64,000 nt of DNA from Salinarimonas sp. (lineage in GTDB: Bacteria; Pseudomonadota; Alphaproteobacteria; Rhizobiales; Beijerinckiaceae). Below the pieces are notes generated by a model. It was not told the DNA's origin. It saw only the letters and a program-made list of their open reading frames with translations, and searched no databases. The position numbers were made by a program, and so were the translations under genes. Shown here one piece after another: positions 27,672 through 37,587 of this stretch. The DNA lies in contig JBNPEA010000045.1 of assembly GCA_051117315.1 (NCBI GenBank), positions 4,842 to 68,841 on the forward strand. The letters are read 5' to 3'. Position 1 is the stretch's first letter, and every line of letters begins with the position of its first letter.

Positions 27672-29468
27672 TCAACCTTCGGCGGTTTCCGGTGCATCCG
27701 AGCGCTGCAGGCGCTCGAGCCGCGCATAGGCGCCGCCGCGGGCCACGAGCTCCGCGTGGGTGCCGCGCTCGACGATGCGGCCGGCTTCCATCACGACGAT
27801 CTCGTCGGCCTCGCGCACGGTGGACAGGCGGTGGGCCACGACCAGCGTGGTGCGCCCCGCCATCAGGCGTGCGAGCGCGTCCTGGACCAGCCGCTCGGAC
27901 TGGGAATCCAGCGCCGAGGTGGGCTCGTCGAGGAGCAGGATCGGCGCGTCCTTGAGGAAGGCGCGGGCGAGCGCCACACGCTGGCGCTCGCCGCCCGAGA
28001 GGCGCCCGCCGGCGGGGCCGACGCGGGTGTCCCAGCCGTCGGGCAGGGCGGTGATGAAGTCGTGCGCCGCGGCCGCCTCGGCGGCGGCGGCGATCTCGGC
28101 CTCGCTAGCGCCGGGCCGGCCGAATGCGATGTTGGCGCGAATCGTGTCGTCGAACAGCACCGAATCCTGCGACACCACCGAGATCGCCCCGCGCAGGCTC
28201 TCCAGCGTGACGCCGCGCAGGTCCTGCCCGTCGACGAGGACGGCGCCCTCGGTGGGATCGTAGAGCCGCGGCACCATCGCGACGAGGGTCGACTTGCCCG
28301 AGCCCGAGCGGCCGACGAGCGCCGTCGCCCCGCCGCCGCGCACCGTGAGGTCGATCCCCTCCAGCGCCGGCGCGTCCGGGCGGTAGCGGAAGCGCACGTC
28401 CGCGAACCGCACCTCGCCGGCGCCCACCATGAGCGGCACGGCGCCGGGCGCGTCGGCGATGCGCGGCACCTCGTCGAGGAGCGCCCAGTGCCGGTGCAGG
28501 GCGGCGATGGCCTCCTGCACGATGGCGTTGAGGTTGCCCAGCGCCCGGATCGGCTGCGCCGCCATCAGGAGTGCGGTGACGAAGCCGGTGAAGTCGCCGA
28601 TCGTCGTCTCGCCGCGGCCGATGCGCACACCGATGAGCAGCAGCACGGCCGCCACCGCCGCGCCGCCGGCGATCTCGAGCAGCGGGTCGAGCCGGGCGCG
28701 CTGGGTGGCGGCCTTGATCTTGAGGTCGCGCACCCGGTCGAAGGCGCCCCGCGCGCGGCCCTCGAGATAGGGCTCCATGCGGTAGGTCTTGGCGACGCGC
28801 ACGCCGGCGAGGCTCTCGGTGACGAGGCCGGCCATGTCGCCGATCTCCTCCTGCGTCGCCGTCGAGACGCGGCGAAGCCGCTTGCCGATGCGCGCGATCG
28901 GCGGCGCGACGAACGGCGCCACCAGGGCGGCGATCAGCGTCATCCACGGGTCGATCACGATCATCGCCACGACCAGCGCGAGGATGGTGGCGACGTCGCG
29001 GAAGAACACCGTGAAGATCCGCACCATCGCCTCGCGGATGTAGGTGAAGTCCGTCGTGAAGCGCTGGGTCAGCGAGGCCGGGCTCTCCCCGCCGAGCTGG
29101 GCGAGGTCGAGGGAGAGCAGGCGTGCGTACAGCGCCGCCTGCATGTCGGCCTCGATGCGCGCCACCGTGCGCTGGGTCAGCGCCGTCTGGCCGAAGAGCG
29201 CGAAGCCCTTGATCGAGGTGACCACGATGACGACGACCGGCGCCCAGTAGATCAGCTCGAGGTCGCGCCGATCGAAGGCGTTGAAGGCCTCGCGGATGAG
29301 CAGCGGATACAAGGCCGTCGCCCCCGCGCCGATGGTGATCAGCAGGAGGACGAAGGCGAGCGTGCGCCGATGCGCCCGCATCCGCTCGCGCCACAGCCGG
29401 CGCATGACGGGCCAGGTGTCGCCGGACAGGAGCGGGGGTTTCCGGGTCTTGGTGTTCGTGTCGGCCAT
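27672..29468 (-). CDS. ABC exporter, fused permease/ATPase (MsbA-like)
   Basis: Six-TM N-terminal half, Walker A GRSGSGKST, signature LSGGERQRVALAR, Walker B ILLLDEPTSALD. Confidence 0.9.
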   Translation of the reverse strand: MADTNTKTRKPPLLSGDTWPVMRRLWRERMRAHRRTLAFVLLLITIGAGATALYPLLIREAFNAFDRRDLELIYWAPVVVIVVTSIKGFALFGQTALTQRTVARIEADMQAALYARLLSLDLAQLGGESPASLTQRFTTDFTYIREAMVRIFTVFFRDVATILALVVAMIVIDPWMTLIAALVAPFVAPPIARIGKRLRRVSTATQEEIGDMAGLVTESLAGVRVAKTYRMEPYLEGRARGAFDRVRDLKIKAATQRARLDPLLEIAGGAAVAAVLLLIGVRIGRGETTIGDFTGFVTALLMAAQPIRALGNLNAIVQEAIAALHRHWALLDEVPRIADAPGAVPLMVGAGEVRFADVRFRYRPDAPALEGIDLTVRGGGATALVGRSGSGKSTLVAMVPRLYDPTEGAVLVDGQDLRGVTLESLRGAISVVSQDSVLFDDTIRANIAFGRPGASEAEIAAAAEAAAAHDFITALPDGWDTRVGPAGGRLSGGERQRVALARAFLKDAPILLLDEPTSALDSQSERLVQDALARLMAGRTTLVVAHRLSTVREADEIVVMEAGRIVERGTHAELVARGGAYARLERLQRSDAPETAEG

Positions 29469-29574
29469 GATCGTGCGCGCGCCTCCGGTGGCGCGTCTAG
29501 CACGGTTCGTGCGCGGATGGCACGTGCCCCCGCCGCGGCGAACGGAGCCCTGCCCCCGAACCGCTCCGCGACTC

Positions 29575-29597
29575 GTCCCGCCCCGCCGGGGCGGGAC
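29575..29597 (-). terminator. hairpin directly after the flbD stop (GTCCCGCCCC-GCC-GGGGCGGGAC)
   Basis: Perfect 10-bp GC stem 4 nt downstream of the flbD stop codon. No clear U-tract, so its terminator function is inferred. Confidence 0.45.
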
Positions 29598-29600
29598 GGG

Positions 29601-30965
29601 TCAGCCGGCGCTGGCGGGCGTGCGGGCCTGGCCGGGCTCGGGGACGGCGAGGCCGGCGGAGGTGTACTCGTTGAGCTTGTTGCGCAGCGTGCGGATCGAG
29701 ATGCCGAGGATCTTGGCCGCGTGGGTGCGGTTGCCAAGGCAATGGTCGAGCGTGTCGAGGATCAGGTCCTGCTCGACCTCGGCCACCGTGCGCCCGACGA
29801 GCGCCCGCGTCACCGCTTCCGCCGTGCGCGCGGCGCGCGCGGCCGCGTCCGGCTCGGCGCCGAGCGCGTCGCCTTCGGGCGTCATCAGCGCGTCCGCGCC
29901 GATCTCGGCGCCCGACGCCAGCAGCACAGCGCGATGCACCGCGTTCTCGAGCTCGCGCACGTTGCCGCGCCAGGGGTTCTTGAGCACGACGCGCTTGGCG
30001 TCGTGGGAGAGGCCGCGCTCGGGCAGGCCGTTGGCCTGGCCGTACTTGCGGGCGAAGTGCTGGGCGAGCTCGATGATGTCGCCGGGCCGCTCGCGCAGGG
30101 CCGGCAGGCGCAGGTGGACGACGTTCAGGCGGTAGAACAGGTCCTCGCGGAACGTCCCCGCCCGGACGGCCTCGGTCATGTTGCGGTTGGAGGTGGCGAG
30201 CACGCGAATGTCCACCGGCACGGGCTTGGCGCCGCCGACCCGGTCGATGACGCGCTCCTGCAGGGCGCGCAGGAGCTTGGCCTGCAGGCGCACGTCCATC
30301 TCGGAGATCTCGTCGAGCAGCAGCGTGCCGCCGTTGGCTTCCTCGAACTTGCCGATGCGCCGGGCCACCGCGCCGGTGAAGGCGCCCTTCTCGTGACCGA
30401 ACAGCTCGCTCTCCAGCAGCGCATCGGGGATCGCGGCGCAGTTCACGCACACGAAGGGCTTCGAGCGTCGAGCCGAGCGCTGGTGCAGGTGGCGGGCGAG
30501 CACCTCCTTGCCGGTGCCGCTCTCGCCGGTGATCAGCACCGATGCGTCGGAGCGGGCCACCTGCTCGGCCATCTTGACGACCTTCTCCATGGCCGGGTCG
30601 CGCCAGACGAAGGCGGCCTGGTCGGCGGCCACCGCCTCGAGGATCGCCGCGATCATGTCGGCGTCCGGGGGCAGCGGGATGTACTCCTTCGCCCCGGCGC
30701 GGATCGCGTCCACCGCGCCGCGGGTGTCGGCCCCGGCGCCGCAGGCCACGACGGGCGTGCGGATGCGCTCGGCCTCGAGCGCGCCGACGAGATCGGCGAC
30801 GGAGAGCGCGACGTCGACCATGATCAGGTCGGCGCCCTTGGCGCGCAGCACCGCGAGACCCTGGTGGAGGTCGTCCGCCTGCACCACGGCGGCGCCGCGG
30901 CTCATGGCGATGCGCGAGGCGGTGGTGAGCTCGCCGTCGAGACGGCCGATGATGAGAAGGCGCAT
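29601..30965 (-). CDS. flbD: sigma-54-dependent flagellar transcriptional activator FlbD
   Basis: Receiver-like N-terminus, AAA+ core (VLITGESGTGKEV, GAFTGA, ESELFGHEKGAFTGA), C-terminal Fis-type HTH (AAKILGISIRTLRNKL). It is the last gene of the fliF operon, as in Caulobacter. Confidence 0.85.
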   Translation of the reverse strand: MRLLIIGRLDGELTTASRIAMSRGAAVVQADDLHQGLAVLRAKGADLIMVDVALSVADLVGALEAERIRTPVVACGAGADTRGAVDAIRAGAKEYIPLPPDADMIAAILEAVAADQAAFVWRDPAMEKVVKMAEQVARSDASVLITGESGTGKEVLARHLHQRSARRSKPFVCVNCAAIPDALLESELFGHEKGAFTGAVARRIGKFEEANGGTLLLDEISEMDVRLQAKLLRALQERVIDRVGGAKPVPVDIRVLATSNRNMTEAVRAGTFREDLFYRLNVVHLRLPALRERPGDIIELAQHFARKYGQANGLPERGLSHDAKRVVLKNPWRGNVRELENAVHRAVLLASGAEIGADALMTPEGDALGAEPDAAARAARTAEAVTRALVGRTVAEVEQDLILDTLDHCLGNRTHAAKILGISIRTLRNKLNEYTSAGLAVPEPGQARTPASAG

Positions 30966-30976
30966 GACCCGGCTCC

Positions 30977-31330
30977 TTAGTGGTCGCTCTTGATGATCTC
31001 GGTCATCGTGATGCCGAGGCGATCCTCGACGAGCACCACCTCGCCGCGGGCGACGAGGCGGTTGTTGACGTAGATGTCGACGGCCTCGCCGACCTTGCGG
31101 TCGAGCTCGAGCACCGCGCCCGGCGCGATCTTGAGGAGGTCGCCCACCGGCATCCGGGCGCGCCCGAGCACGGCCGACACCGCCACCGGCACGTCGAAGA
31201 TCTGCTCGAGATCCGCGGCGGTGCGCTGGACCACGGGGCCGTCACGGGTCGATTCCGCCGGCAGCTGCGCCTGCGGGTCGAAGCCGATGTCCTCGTCGTC
31301 GAGCTGGGGCAGGGTGAACTCGTCGCTCAT
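30977..31330 (-). CDS. fliN: flagellar motor switch protein FliN
   Basis: Start refined to MSDEFTLPQ (complement of 31328-31330). Contains VPVAVSAVLGRARMPVGDLLKIAPGAVLELDRKVGEAVDIYVNNRLVARGEVV. Confidence 0.9.
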   Translation of the reverse strand: MSDEFTLPQLDDEDIGFDPQAQLPAESTRDGPVVQRTAADLEQIFDVPVAVSAVLGRARMPVGDLLKIAPGAVLELDRKVGEAVDIYVNNRLVARGEVVLVEDRLGITMTEIIKSDH

Positions 31331-31947
31331 GGCGTTGACGCTCCGGGTGTGTCGTCGCGGGTCGGGTCGGTCGTGCCCGTCAGCTTGCAGGCGATTTCCG
31401 CGGCGAGCGCGGCGCCGTCGCGCACCACGCCGCCGTCGGCCCATTCGAAGTGCGCGTCGCCGCGCGCCATGTCCGCCTCGCCGATGACGACGAGCCGGCC
31501 CTCGAAGCCGCGCTCGCGGGCGAGCGCCTTGACCATGCGCTCGACGTCGTCGACGAGGCTCTCCTCGACGCGCACCACGAGATGCGGCACGCCGCGCAGA
31601 TGCGCGAAGGCCTCGCGCGCCGCCTGCATGATCGTATCGAGCGGGAAGCGCTCGAGCGCCGCGCCGGCCAGCGCGCGCGCCAGCGTCTCGGCGAAGGCGA
31701 GCGCCTCCGCCTCGAGCGCGCCGCCGCGGGCGTCGGCGTCCGCGAGGAGCGCGCGGGAGGCCTCGGCGATCCGTGCCAGGGTCTCGCGCACGGCCGCGTC
31801 GGCCTCCGCCTGCGCCGCCGCGCGGCCTTCCGCCATACCCTGCGCCCGGCCGCGCGCCTCCGCCTCGGCCAGCGCCACCTCGGCCTTCGGCGACGGCGTG
31901 CCCTTCGGGCGGGAGAAGTCGCGGTCGAAGACGAACCTGCCGCTCAT
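31327..31947 (-). CDS. fliH: FliH-like flagellar export/assembly protein
   Basis: Ala/Glu-rich coiled N-terminal half and a FliH-like C-terminal half (GRLVVIGEADMARGDAHFEWADGGVVRD). Lies between fliF and fliN with a 4-nt overlap onto fliN. Confidence 0.6.
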   Translation of the reverse strand: MSGRFVFDRDFSRPKGTPSPKAEVALAEAEARGRAQGMAEGRAAAQAEADAAVRETLARIAEASRALLADADARGGALEAEALAFAETLARALAGAALERFPLDTIMQAAREAFAHLRGVPHLVVRVEESLVDDVERMVKALARERGFEGRLVVIGEADMARGDAHFEWADGGVVRDGAALAAEIACKLTGTTDPTRDDTPGASTP

Positions 31948-31948
31948 C

Positions 31949-33568
31949 TCAGCCTCTCTCGTGGATCCACTGGCGCATCACCGTCGCGGTCTCGTTGGGG
32001 CTCTGCTTGACCAGCTCCGCGATTCGCTCGAGCGACTGCGCCTGCACGTGGCCGTTGACCTTGGCCATCTCGATCATCTGCGAGGTCGCGTCCGGCCGCG
32101 CGGGCAGCGCCGGCATCCTGCTGCCGCCGCTCGCTTCGCCGCCCTCGATCGCTGCCGCCTCGCCGCCGCGCCCGGTCGCCGCGGCGGCGGCGGGCTGCGC
32201 CGTGAGGGCCCGCAGCATGGGCCGCAGCACGGTGAAGATCACGACGAGGGTGAGCAGGAAGAGCACGGCGAGCTCGATCGCGCGCAGCACGTCCTCGCGG
32301 CTCGGGTTCATCAGGCTCTCGACCAGTGTCTGCGGCTCGGGCAGGAACTCCGGCTGCGGCCCCTCCGCGAAGCGCAGGTTGACCACCTCGATCTGGTCGC
32401 CGCGGTCTGCGTCGAAGCCGATCGCGGTGCGCACCAGCGCCTCGATGCGCTGCAGCTCCTCGGGGCTGCGCGGCTCGTAGGTCACGGTGCCGTCCGGAGC
32501 GGTGGCGTAGGCGCCGTCGACGAGCACGGCGACGGACAGGCGCGACAGACGCGGTCCCTCCAGCATCTCGACGCGGGTGGAGCGGGAGATCTCGTAGTTG
32601 ATCGTCTCCTCGGTCGTCTCCTGCTGGTCGCGCATGCCGCCGCCGGCCGGGTCCTCGCCGCCGCCCGGCAGCTCGTTGCCGACCGTGACGCCGGCGTCGC
32701 CCTGCGTCGACACGGCGTTGTCGGTGCGCGACTGCATGGAGCGCGCGACCTGTCCGTTGGGGTCGAAGGTCTCCGAGCGCGCCTCGACGCGGTTCGTGTC
32801 GAACTCGGCAGCGACCTGGACCCGGGTGCGCCCGCGCCCGACGATCCCGGCGACGATGTCCTCGACCTGGCCGCGCAACCGGTTCTCGAAGCCGATGCGG
32901 GTCTCGTCCGCCGCGGCGGAGGACATCGCGTCCCCGGCGGTGGCGCCGTCGGCGAGCAGGCGGCCGCTCTCGTCGACGATGGAGATGCGGTCGGGCCGCA
33001 GGCCCTCGACGGCGGTGGCGACGAGATGGCGGATGGCGCGCACCTGCGCGGCGTCGAGCTCGCCGCGCACCCGCAGCACGATGGAGGCGCGCGGGTCCTC
33101 GCGATCGCGCTCGAACAGCCGCCGCTCGGGGATGGCGAGATGCACCCGCGCCGCTTCCACCCGCGAGAGCGAGCCGATGGTGCGCGAGAGCTCGCCCTCG
33201 AGCGCCCGCAGCTGGTTGATGTTCTGCACGAAGCTGGTGGAGGAGAACGAATCACCCCGGTCGAAGATCTCGTACCCGACGCCGGTGCCCGCCGGCAGGC
33301 CGTCGGAGGCGAGCTCCATGCGCAGCCGGGCGAGGTCGCTGCGCGCCGCCAGGATGACGCCGTCGCCCCGCGCCTCGTAGGCGACGCCGCGGGCCTCGAG
33401 CGCGCGCACCACCGCGCCGGCGTCCGACATCGACAGGTCGGCGTAGAGCACGCCCATGTCCGGCTGCGACATGCGCATGATGACGAAGGCGAAGAAACCG
33501 ACGAGCGCCAGCGTCACGGCGCCCATCACCGCGAGGCGCGCCGGGCCGAGCCGGGTCAGGATCTCCAT
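31949..33568 (-). CDS. fliF: flagellar M-ring protein FliF
   Basis: Contains LGPARLAVMGAVTLALVGFFAFV, YADLSMSDAGAVVRALEARGV and the whole YscJ/FliF architecture. The start is ambiguous: ATG at 33568 (MEILTRLG) or the upstream GTG at 33589. Confidence 0.93.
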   Translation of the reverse strand: MEILTRLGPARLAVMGAVTLALVGFFAFVIMRMSQPDMGVLYADLSMSDAGAVVRALEARGVAYEARGDGVILAARSDLARLRMELASDGLPAGTGVGYEIFDRGDSFSSTSFVQNINQLRALEGELSRTIGSLSRVEAARVHLAIPERRLFERDREDPRASIVLRVRGELDAAQVRAIRHLVATAVEGLRPDRISIVDESGRLLADGATAGDAMSSAAADETRIGFENRLRGQVEDIVAGIVGRGRTRVQVAAEFDTNRVEARSETFDPNGQVARSMQSRTDNAVSTQGDAGVTVGNELPGGGEDPAGGGMRDQQETTEETINYEISRSTRVEMLEGPRLSRLSVAVLVDGAYATAPDGTVTYEPRSPEELQRIEALVRTAIGFDADRGDQIEVVNLRFAEGPQPEFLPEPQTLVESLMNPSREDVLRAIELAVLFLLTLVVIFTVLRPMLRALTAQPAAAAATGRGGEAAAIEGGEASGGSRMPALPARPDATSQMIEMAKVNGHVQAQSLERIAELVKQSPNETATVMRQWIHERG

Positions 33569-33813
33569 CGTCTGGTTCACGCGAAACACGTCCCCGGTTG
33601 ATCGTCCACGCTCCGGGACGGCGTGCGCCGCGACCGGTAGGCAGGAATTTCCCAGGGGAGGGTGAACGACCGGTTAACGACGGTGCCGATCGTGGCGTCC
33701 CGGTTCGAGAAGAGGCGTGCGCGAAGGCCTCCGGGCGGCGTGGCCGATTGGGGGTATCGCCGCGGCGCGATCCGCGCTATGACCGTGTTCTCTATACGTT
33801 CGGCTGCAGGCGC

Positions 33814-34698
33814 ATGGCTCCACGCAACGTCACCATCGTGGTGCTCTGGATGGCCGGGGCGCTCGTCTCCTTCTCGGCGATCGCCGTCGCGGTGCGCGAG
33901 CTCTCGGGCGCGCTCTCGGTGTTCGAGATGCTGGCCTTCCGCAACGCCGTGGGCCTCGCGGGCATCCTCGTGGCGGCGTGCCTCCTCGCCCGGGTGCGTG
34001 CGAGCCTCTCCAGCCGCCGCCTCGGCCTCCACGCGCAGCGCAACCTCGTCCACTTCGCCGGGCAGTACGCCTGGACCGTGGGCGTCACCCTGCTGCCGCT
34101 CGCCGTCGTCTTCGCCGTCGAGTTCACGGCCCCGGCGATCACCGCGCTCCTCGCCGTGCTGCTGCTCGGCGAGCGCCTCACGCGCACCCGCGCGCTGGCG
34201 ATCGGGATGGGCTTCCTCGGCGTGCTCGTCGTGGTACGCCCGGGCGCAAGCGACGTCGGCTGGCCGGCGCTGCTCGTCCTGTTCGCCGCCTTCGCCTTCG
34301 CCGTCACCGCCATCGCGACGAAGAGCCTCACGCGCACGGAGACGACGACGTCGATCCTGCTGTGGATGAACGCCATGCAATTGCCGCTCAACCTGGCGGG
34401 CGCAGGCGAGGGCTACCTCGGACGCCTCGCCCAGGCACCGGTCCTGCCGCTCGCGGCGCTGGCCGTCTGCGGCTTCACGGCGCATTGGTGCCTCACCAAC
34501 GCCTATCGCAACGGAGACGCCATCATGGTCGTGCCGCTCGACTTCCTGCGCATCCCGCTGATCGCGGTGGTGGGCCTGCTGCTCTACGCGGAGCCGCTGG
34601 ACCCCTTCGTCTTCGTCGGCGCGGGGATCATCGTCGTCGGCATCCTCGTCAACCTGCGCGCCGAGACGGGACGCGCGCCGCGGCCGCGGGGGGCGTGA
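33814..34698 (+). CDS. DMT-superfamily (EamA) transporter
   Basis: Start refined to the ATG at 33814 (MAPRNVTIVVLWMAG). A hydrophobic protein of about ten TM segments with two EamA-like halves. Confidence 0.8.
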   Translation: MAPRNVTIVVLWMAGALVSFSAIAVAVRELSGALSVFEMLAFRNAVGLAGILVAACLLARVRASLSSRRLGLHAQRNLVHFAGQYAWTVGVTLLPLAVVFAVEFTAPAITALLAVLLLGERLTRTRALAIGMGFLGVLVVVRPGASDVGWPALLVLFAAFAFAVTAIATKSLTRTETTTSILLWMNAMQLPLNLAGAGEGYLGRLAQAPVLPLAALAVCGFTAHWCLTNAYRNGDAIMVVPLDFLRIPLIAVVGLLLYAEPLDPFVFVGAGIIVVGILVNLRAETGRAPRPRGA

Positions 34699-34701
34699 GG
34701 C

Positions 34702-35793
34702 ATGGCGTGGTCGGGGCAGCAGGAAGCGGCGCTCTCCGCCGTCGCCGCCTGGCTCAAGGTGGGCGAGCCGCAGGTGTTCCGCCTGTTCGGCTACGCCGGC
34801 ACGGGCAAGACCACGCTCGCGCGCCATGTCGCGGCGGACGTCGAGGGCGAGGTCGCCTTCGGCGCCTTCACCGGCAAGGCCGCCTCGGTGATGCGGGCCA
34901 AGGGCTGCACCGACGCCTCCACCATCCACGCGATGATCTATCGCTCGCGCGGGGACGAGGACGAGGGCCCCTCCTTCACGCTCAACCGCTCTGGGCCGGC
35001 GGCCAAGGCCGACCTCATCGTCATCGACGAATGCTCGATGGTGGACGAGGAGCTCGGCCGCGACCTGCTCACCTTCGGCAAGCCGGTGCTGGTGCTGGGT
35101 GATCCCGCCCAGCTGCCGCCGGTGAAAGGCGGCGGCTTCTTCACCGAGGCCGAGCCCGACGTCATGCTCACCGAGGTCCACCGCCAGGCCGCGGACAACC
35201 CGATCGTGCGCCTCTCCATGCTGATCCGCGAGGGCGGGCGGCTCGACTACGGCATCTACGGGGAGAGCCGGGTCGTGCGCCGGGCCGAGATCGATCCGGA
35301 CACGGTGATGGGCGCCGACCAGGTGCTGGTCGGCATGAACAAGACGCGTCGCCTCTACAATGGCCGCATCCGCGAGCTGAAGGGCTTTCGCGACCCCTAT
35401 CCCGCCGCCGACGAGAAGCTGGTCTGCCTGCGCAACGACAAGAGCAAGGGCCTCCTGAACGGCGGATTGTGGACCGTCAGCGAGGCGAAGCACTGGCCCA
35501 ACCGCGGCCTCGTGGTGATGCGCCTCGCCGCCGAGGAGAACGCCCGCCAGACCGCCAAGGTCGAGGTCCCCACCGCCTTCTTCGAGGGCGGCGAGGACGA
35601 GTTGCCCTACGCCCTGCGCCGCCAGCACGACGAGCTCACCTACGGCTACGCGCTCACCGTGCACAAGGCGCAGGGCTCGCAGTGGGACGACGTCGTGCTC
35701 TTCGACGAGAGCTTCGCCTTCCGGGAGCATCGCGCCCGCTGGCTGTATACCGGGTTGACCCGCGCGGCGGAGCGCATCGTCGTGGTGCGCTGA
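34702..35793 (+). CDS. short RecD/Dda-like SF1 DNA helicase (AAA_30 + UvrD_C-like)
   Basis: Walker A GYAGTGKTT, Walker B LIVIDECSMV, VLVLGDPAQLPPV, and a C-terminal YGYALTVHKAQGSQWDDV. Only 363 aa. Confidence 0.8.
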   Translation: MAWSGQQEAALSAVAAWLKVGEPQVFRLFGYAGTGKTTLARHVAADVEGEVAFGAFTGKAASVMRAKGCTDASTIHAMIYRSRGDEDEGPSFTLNRSGPAAKADLIVIDECSMVDEELGRDLLTFGKPVLVLGDPAQLPPVKGGGFFTEAEPDVMLTEVHRQAADNPIVRLSMLIREGGRLDYGIYGESRVVRRAEIDPDTVMGADQVLVGMNKTRRLYNGRIRELKGFRDPYPAADEKLVCLRNDKSKGLLNGGLWTVSEAKHWPNRGLVVMRLAAEENARQTAKVEVPTAFFEGGEDELPYALRRQHDELTYGYALTVHKAQGSQWDDVVLFDESFAFREHRARWLYTGLTRAAERIVVVR

Positions 35794-35928
35794 CCGGCCT
35801 GCGCCGCGGCGGCGCCCGCGGACCGGATGCCGCAGGAATGACGCGATCGGGCTCTTGCCCGCGGCGATCCGCGCTGCTACGCGGCTCGGAAGGAGCCGGC
35901 GCGGCGGGACGAACGAGGAAACGACAGG

Positions 35929-36651
35929 GTGCTCAACCGCTTCCGCAGCCCGCAGAGCCGCATGACGCGACGCCTGGCGCGCATCGCGCGCTGGGACCGC
36001 CCGATCGAGGGCGCCTTCGGCCGGATGCGGGCGTGGGCGCACATGGCGCTCGCCGACCACGGCGTCTTCCGATTCGCCTATCTCAACCTGCACGAGGTCG
36101 CCGGCGGCCTGTGGCGCGCCGCGCAGCCGGCGCCGCACCAGCTCGCGCGCCTGCGCGACAAGGGCCTGCGCACGGTGGTCTACCTGCGCGGCGGACGCGA
36201 GCACGGCTCCTGGCAATTGCAGAAGGAGAGCTGCGAGGCGCTGGGGCTGACGCTCGTCGACTTCGTCGTGCGCTCGCGCGAGGCGCCGGACAAGGAGACG
36301 CTGCTGCGCGCCCGCGCCTTCTTCGAGACGCTGGAATACCCGGCGCTCGTGCACTGCAAGTCCGGCGCCGACCGGGCGGGCTTCATGTCCGCGCTCTACC
36401 TCGTCGTGCACGAGGGGCGGTCCGCCGACGAGGCGCTGCGGCAGCTGTCGCTGCGCTACGGGCACTTCCGCTTCGCCAAGACGGGCGTGCTGGACGCCTT
36501 CTTCGAGCGCTGGCGCGACGAGGGCGAGGCGCAGGGGATGGGCTTCGAGGAGTGGGTCGAGACCCGCTACGACCCGCAGGCCCTCACCCGCGACTTCCAG
36601 CCGGGCCTCGTCTCCGACATCCTGGTCGACCGCATCATGCGCCGCGAGTGA
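35929..36651 (+). CDS. Cys-based (dual-specificity/tyrosine) phosphatase-family protein
   Basis: HCKSGADRAG is the CX5R P-loop. ORF-track coordinates were kept because my own hand count of the start was off by 1 nt. Confidence 0.7.
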   Translation: MLNRFRSPQSRMTRRLARIARWDRPIEGAFGRMRAWAHMALADHGVFRFAYLNLHEVAGGLWRAAQPAPHQLARLRDKGLRTVVYLRGGREHGSWQLQKESCEALGLTLVDFVVRSREAPDKETLLRARAFFETLEYPALVHCKSGADRAGFMSALYLVVHEGRSADEALRQLSLRYGHFRFAKTGVLDAFFERWRDEGEAQGMGFEEWVETRYDPQALTRDFQPGLVSDILVDRIMRRE

Positions 36652-36690
36652 GCGACCGGCGGCGCTCGGCGCGCCGCCGGTCGCCTCACG

Positions 36691-37587
36691 TCACTGCTGC
36701 GCGGGAGCCGGCGCCGCGTCGCCCTCGGCCGTCTCGCCGGCGCGCGCGATCGCGGCACCCTCGCGCAGCGAGAGAAGCAGCGCCTGCTGCGCCTGGCGCG
36801 CGAGGAAGGTGTCGATCTGCTCGCGCATCTGCTCGAAGGTCGGGGTCGGCCGGTCGCGGCGCTCCTCGACCTTGATCACGTGCCAGCCGAACTGGCTCTG
36901 CACCGGCTGCGAGACCTCGCCCGGCTCGAGCGCGAAGGCCGCCTCGGCGAAGGGCGCGACCATGCGGTCGCGGGTGAAGAAGCCGAGATCGCCGCCCTCG
37001 GCGGCGGAGCCGGGGTCCTGCGACAGCTCGGCGGCCACCGCCTCGAAGTCCTCGCCCGCGGCGATGCGATCGACCGCGGCCTGCGCCTCCTCCTGCGTCG
37101 GGACGAGGATGTGGCGGGCGCGCACCTCCTGCTCGGGCGCGACATCGGCGATCATCTCGTCGTAGACCGCGCGGGCCGCCTCCTCGGTGACGGCGGCCTC
37201 GATCGTGTCCTCGAGCAGCCCCTCGAGCAGCAGCTTGTCGCGCTGGTAGGCGAGACGCTGCGCGAAGCCCTCGCTCTCGCCGATCCCGGCCTCCTCGGCC
37301 GCGCGGGCGGCGAGCTCGAGGTTGACGAGGTAGTTGACCAGCGTCTCGCGGCGCTGCTCGGCGTTCATGCCCGGCAGCGGCAGCGCCTGGTCCTGGCCGG
37401 CGAGCGCGATGTCGCCCTCGGTGATCTCGACGCCGTTCACGGTGGCGACGACGCGCGCCGGATCGACGGTCTGCGCGGTCTCGGCGGCAGCAGGCGCGGC
37501 CTGGTCCTGCGCGAGGGCGGCCGCGGGGATCGCGGCGCTCACGAGGAGCGCGAGAGCGAGGCGGGGGAGAAGGGCGTTCGACGACAT
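36691..37587 (-). CDS. periplasmic parvulin-type peptidyl-prolyl isomerase (SurA/PpiD-like)
   Basis: This is the C-terminal part of ORF 36691..38100. The ATG at the complement of 37585-37587 gives [26 protein letters not shown] (signal peptide). PpiC domain: RARHILV...GGDLGFF...[10 protein letters not shown]. Confidence 0.85.
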   Translation of the reverse strand: MSSNALLPRLALALLVSAAIPAAALAQDQAAPAAAETAQTVDPARVVATVNGVEITEGDIALAGQDQALPLPGMNAEQRRETLVNYLVNLELAARAAEEAGIGESEGFAQRLAYQRDKLLLEGLLEDTIEAAVTEEAARAVYDEMIADVAPEQEVRARHILVPTQEEAQAAVDRIAAGEDFEAVAAELSQDPGSAAEGGDLGFFTRDRMVAPFAEAAFALEPGEVSQPVQSQFGWHVIKVEERRDRPTPTFEQMREQIDTFLARQAQQALLLSLREGAAIARAGETAEGDAAPAPAQQ

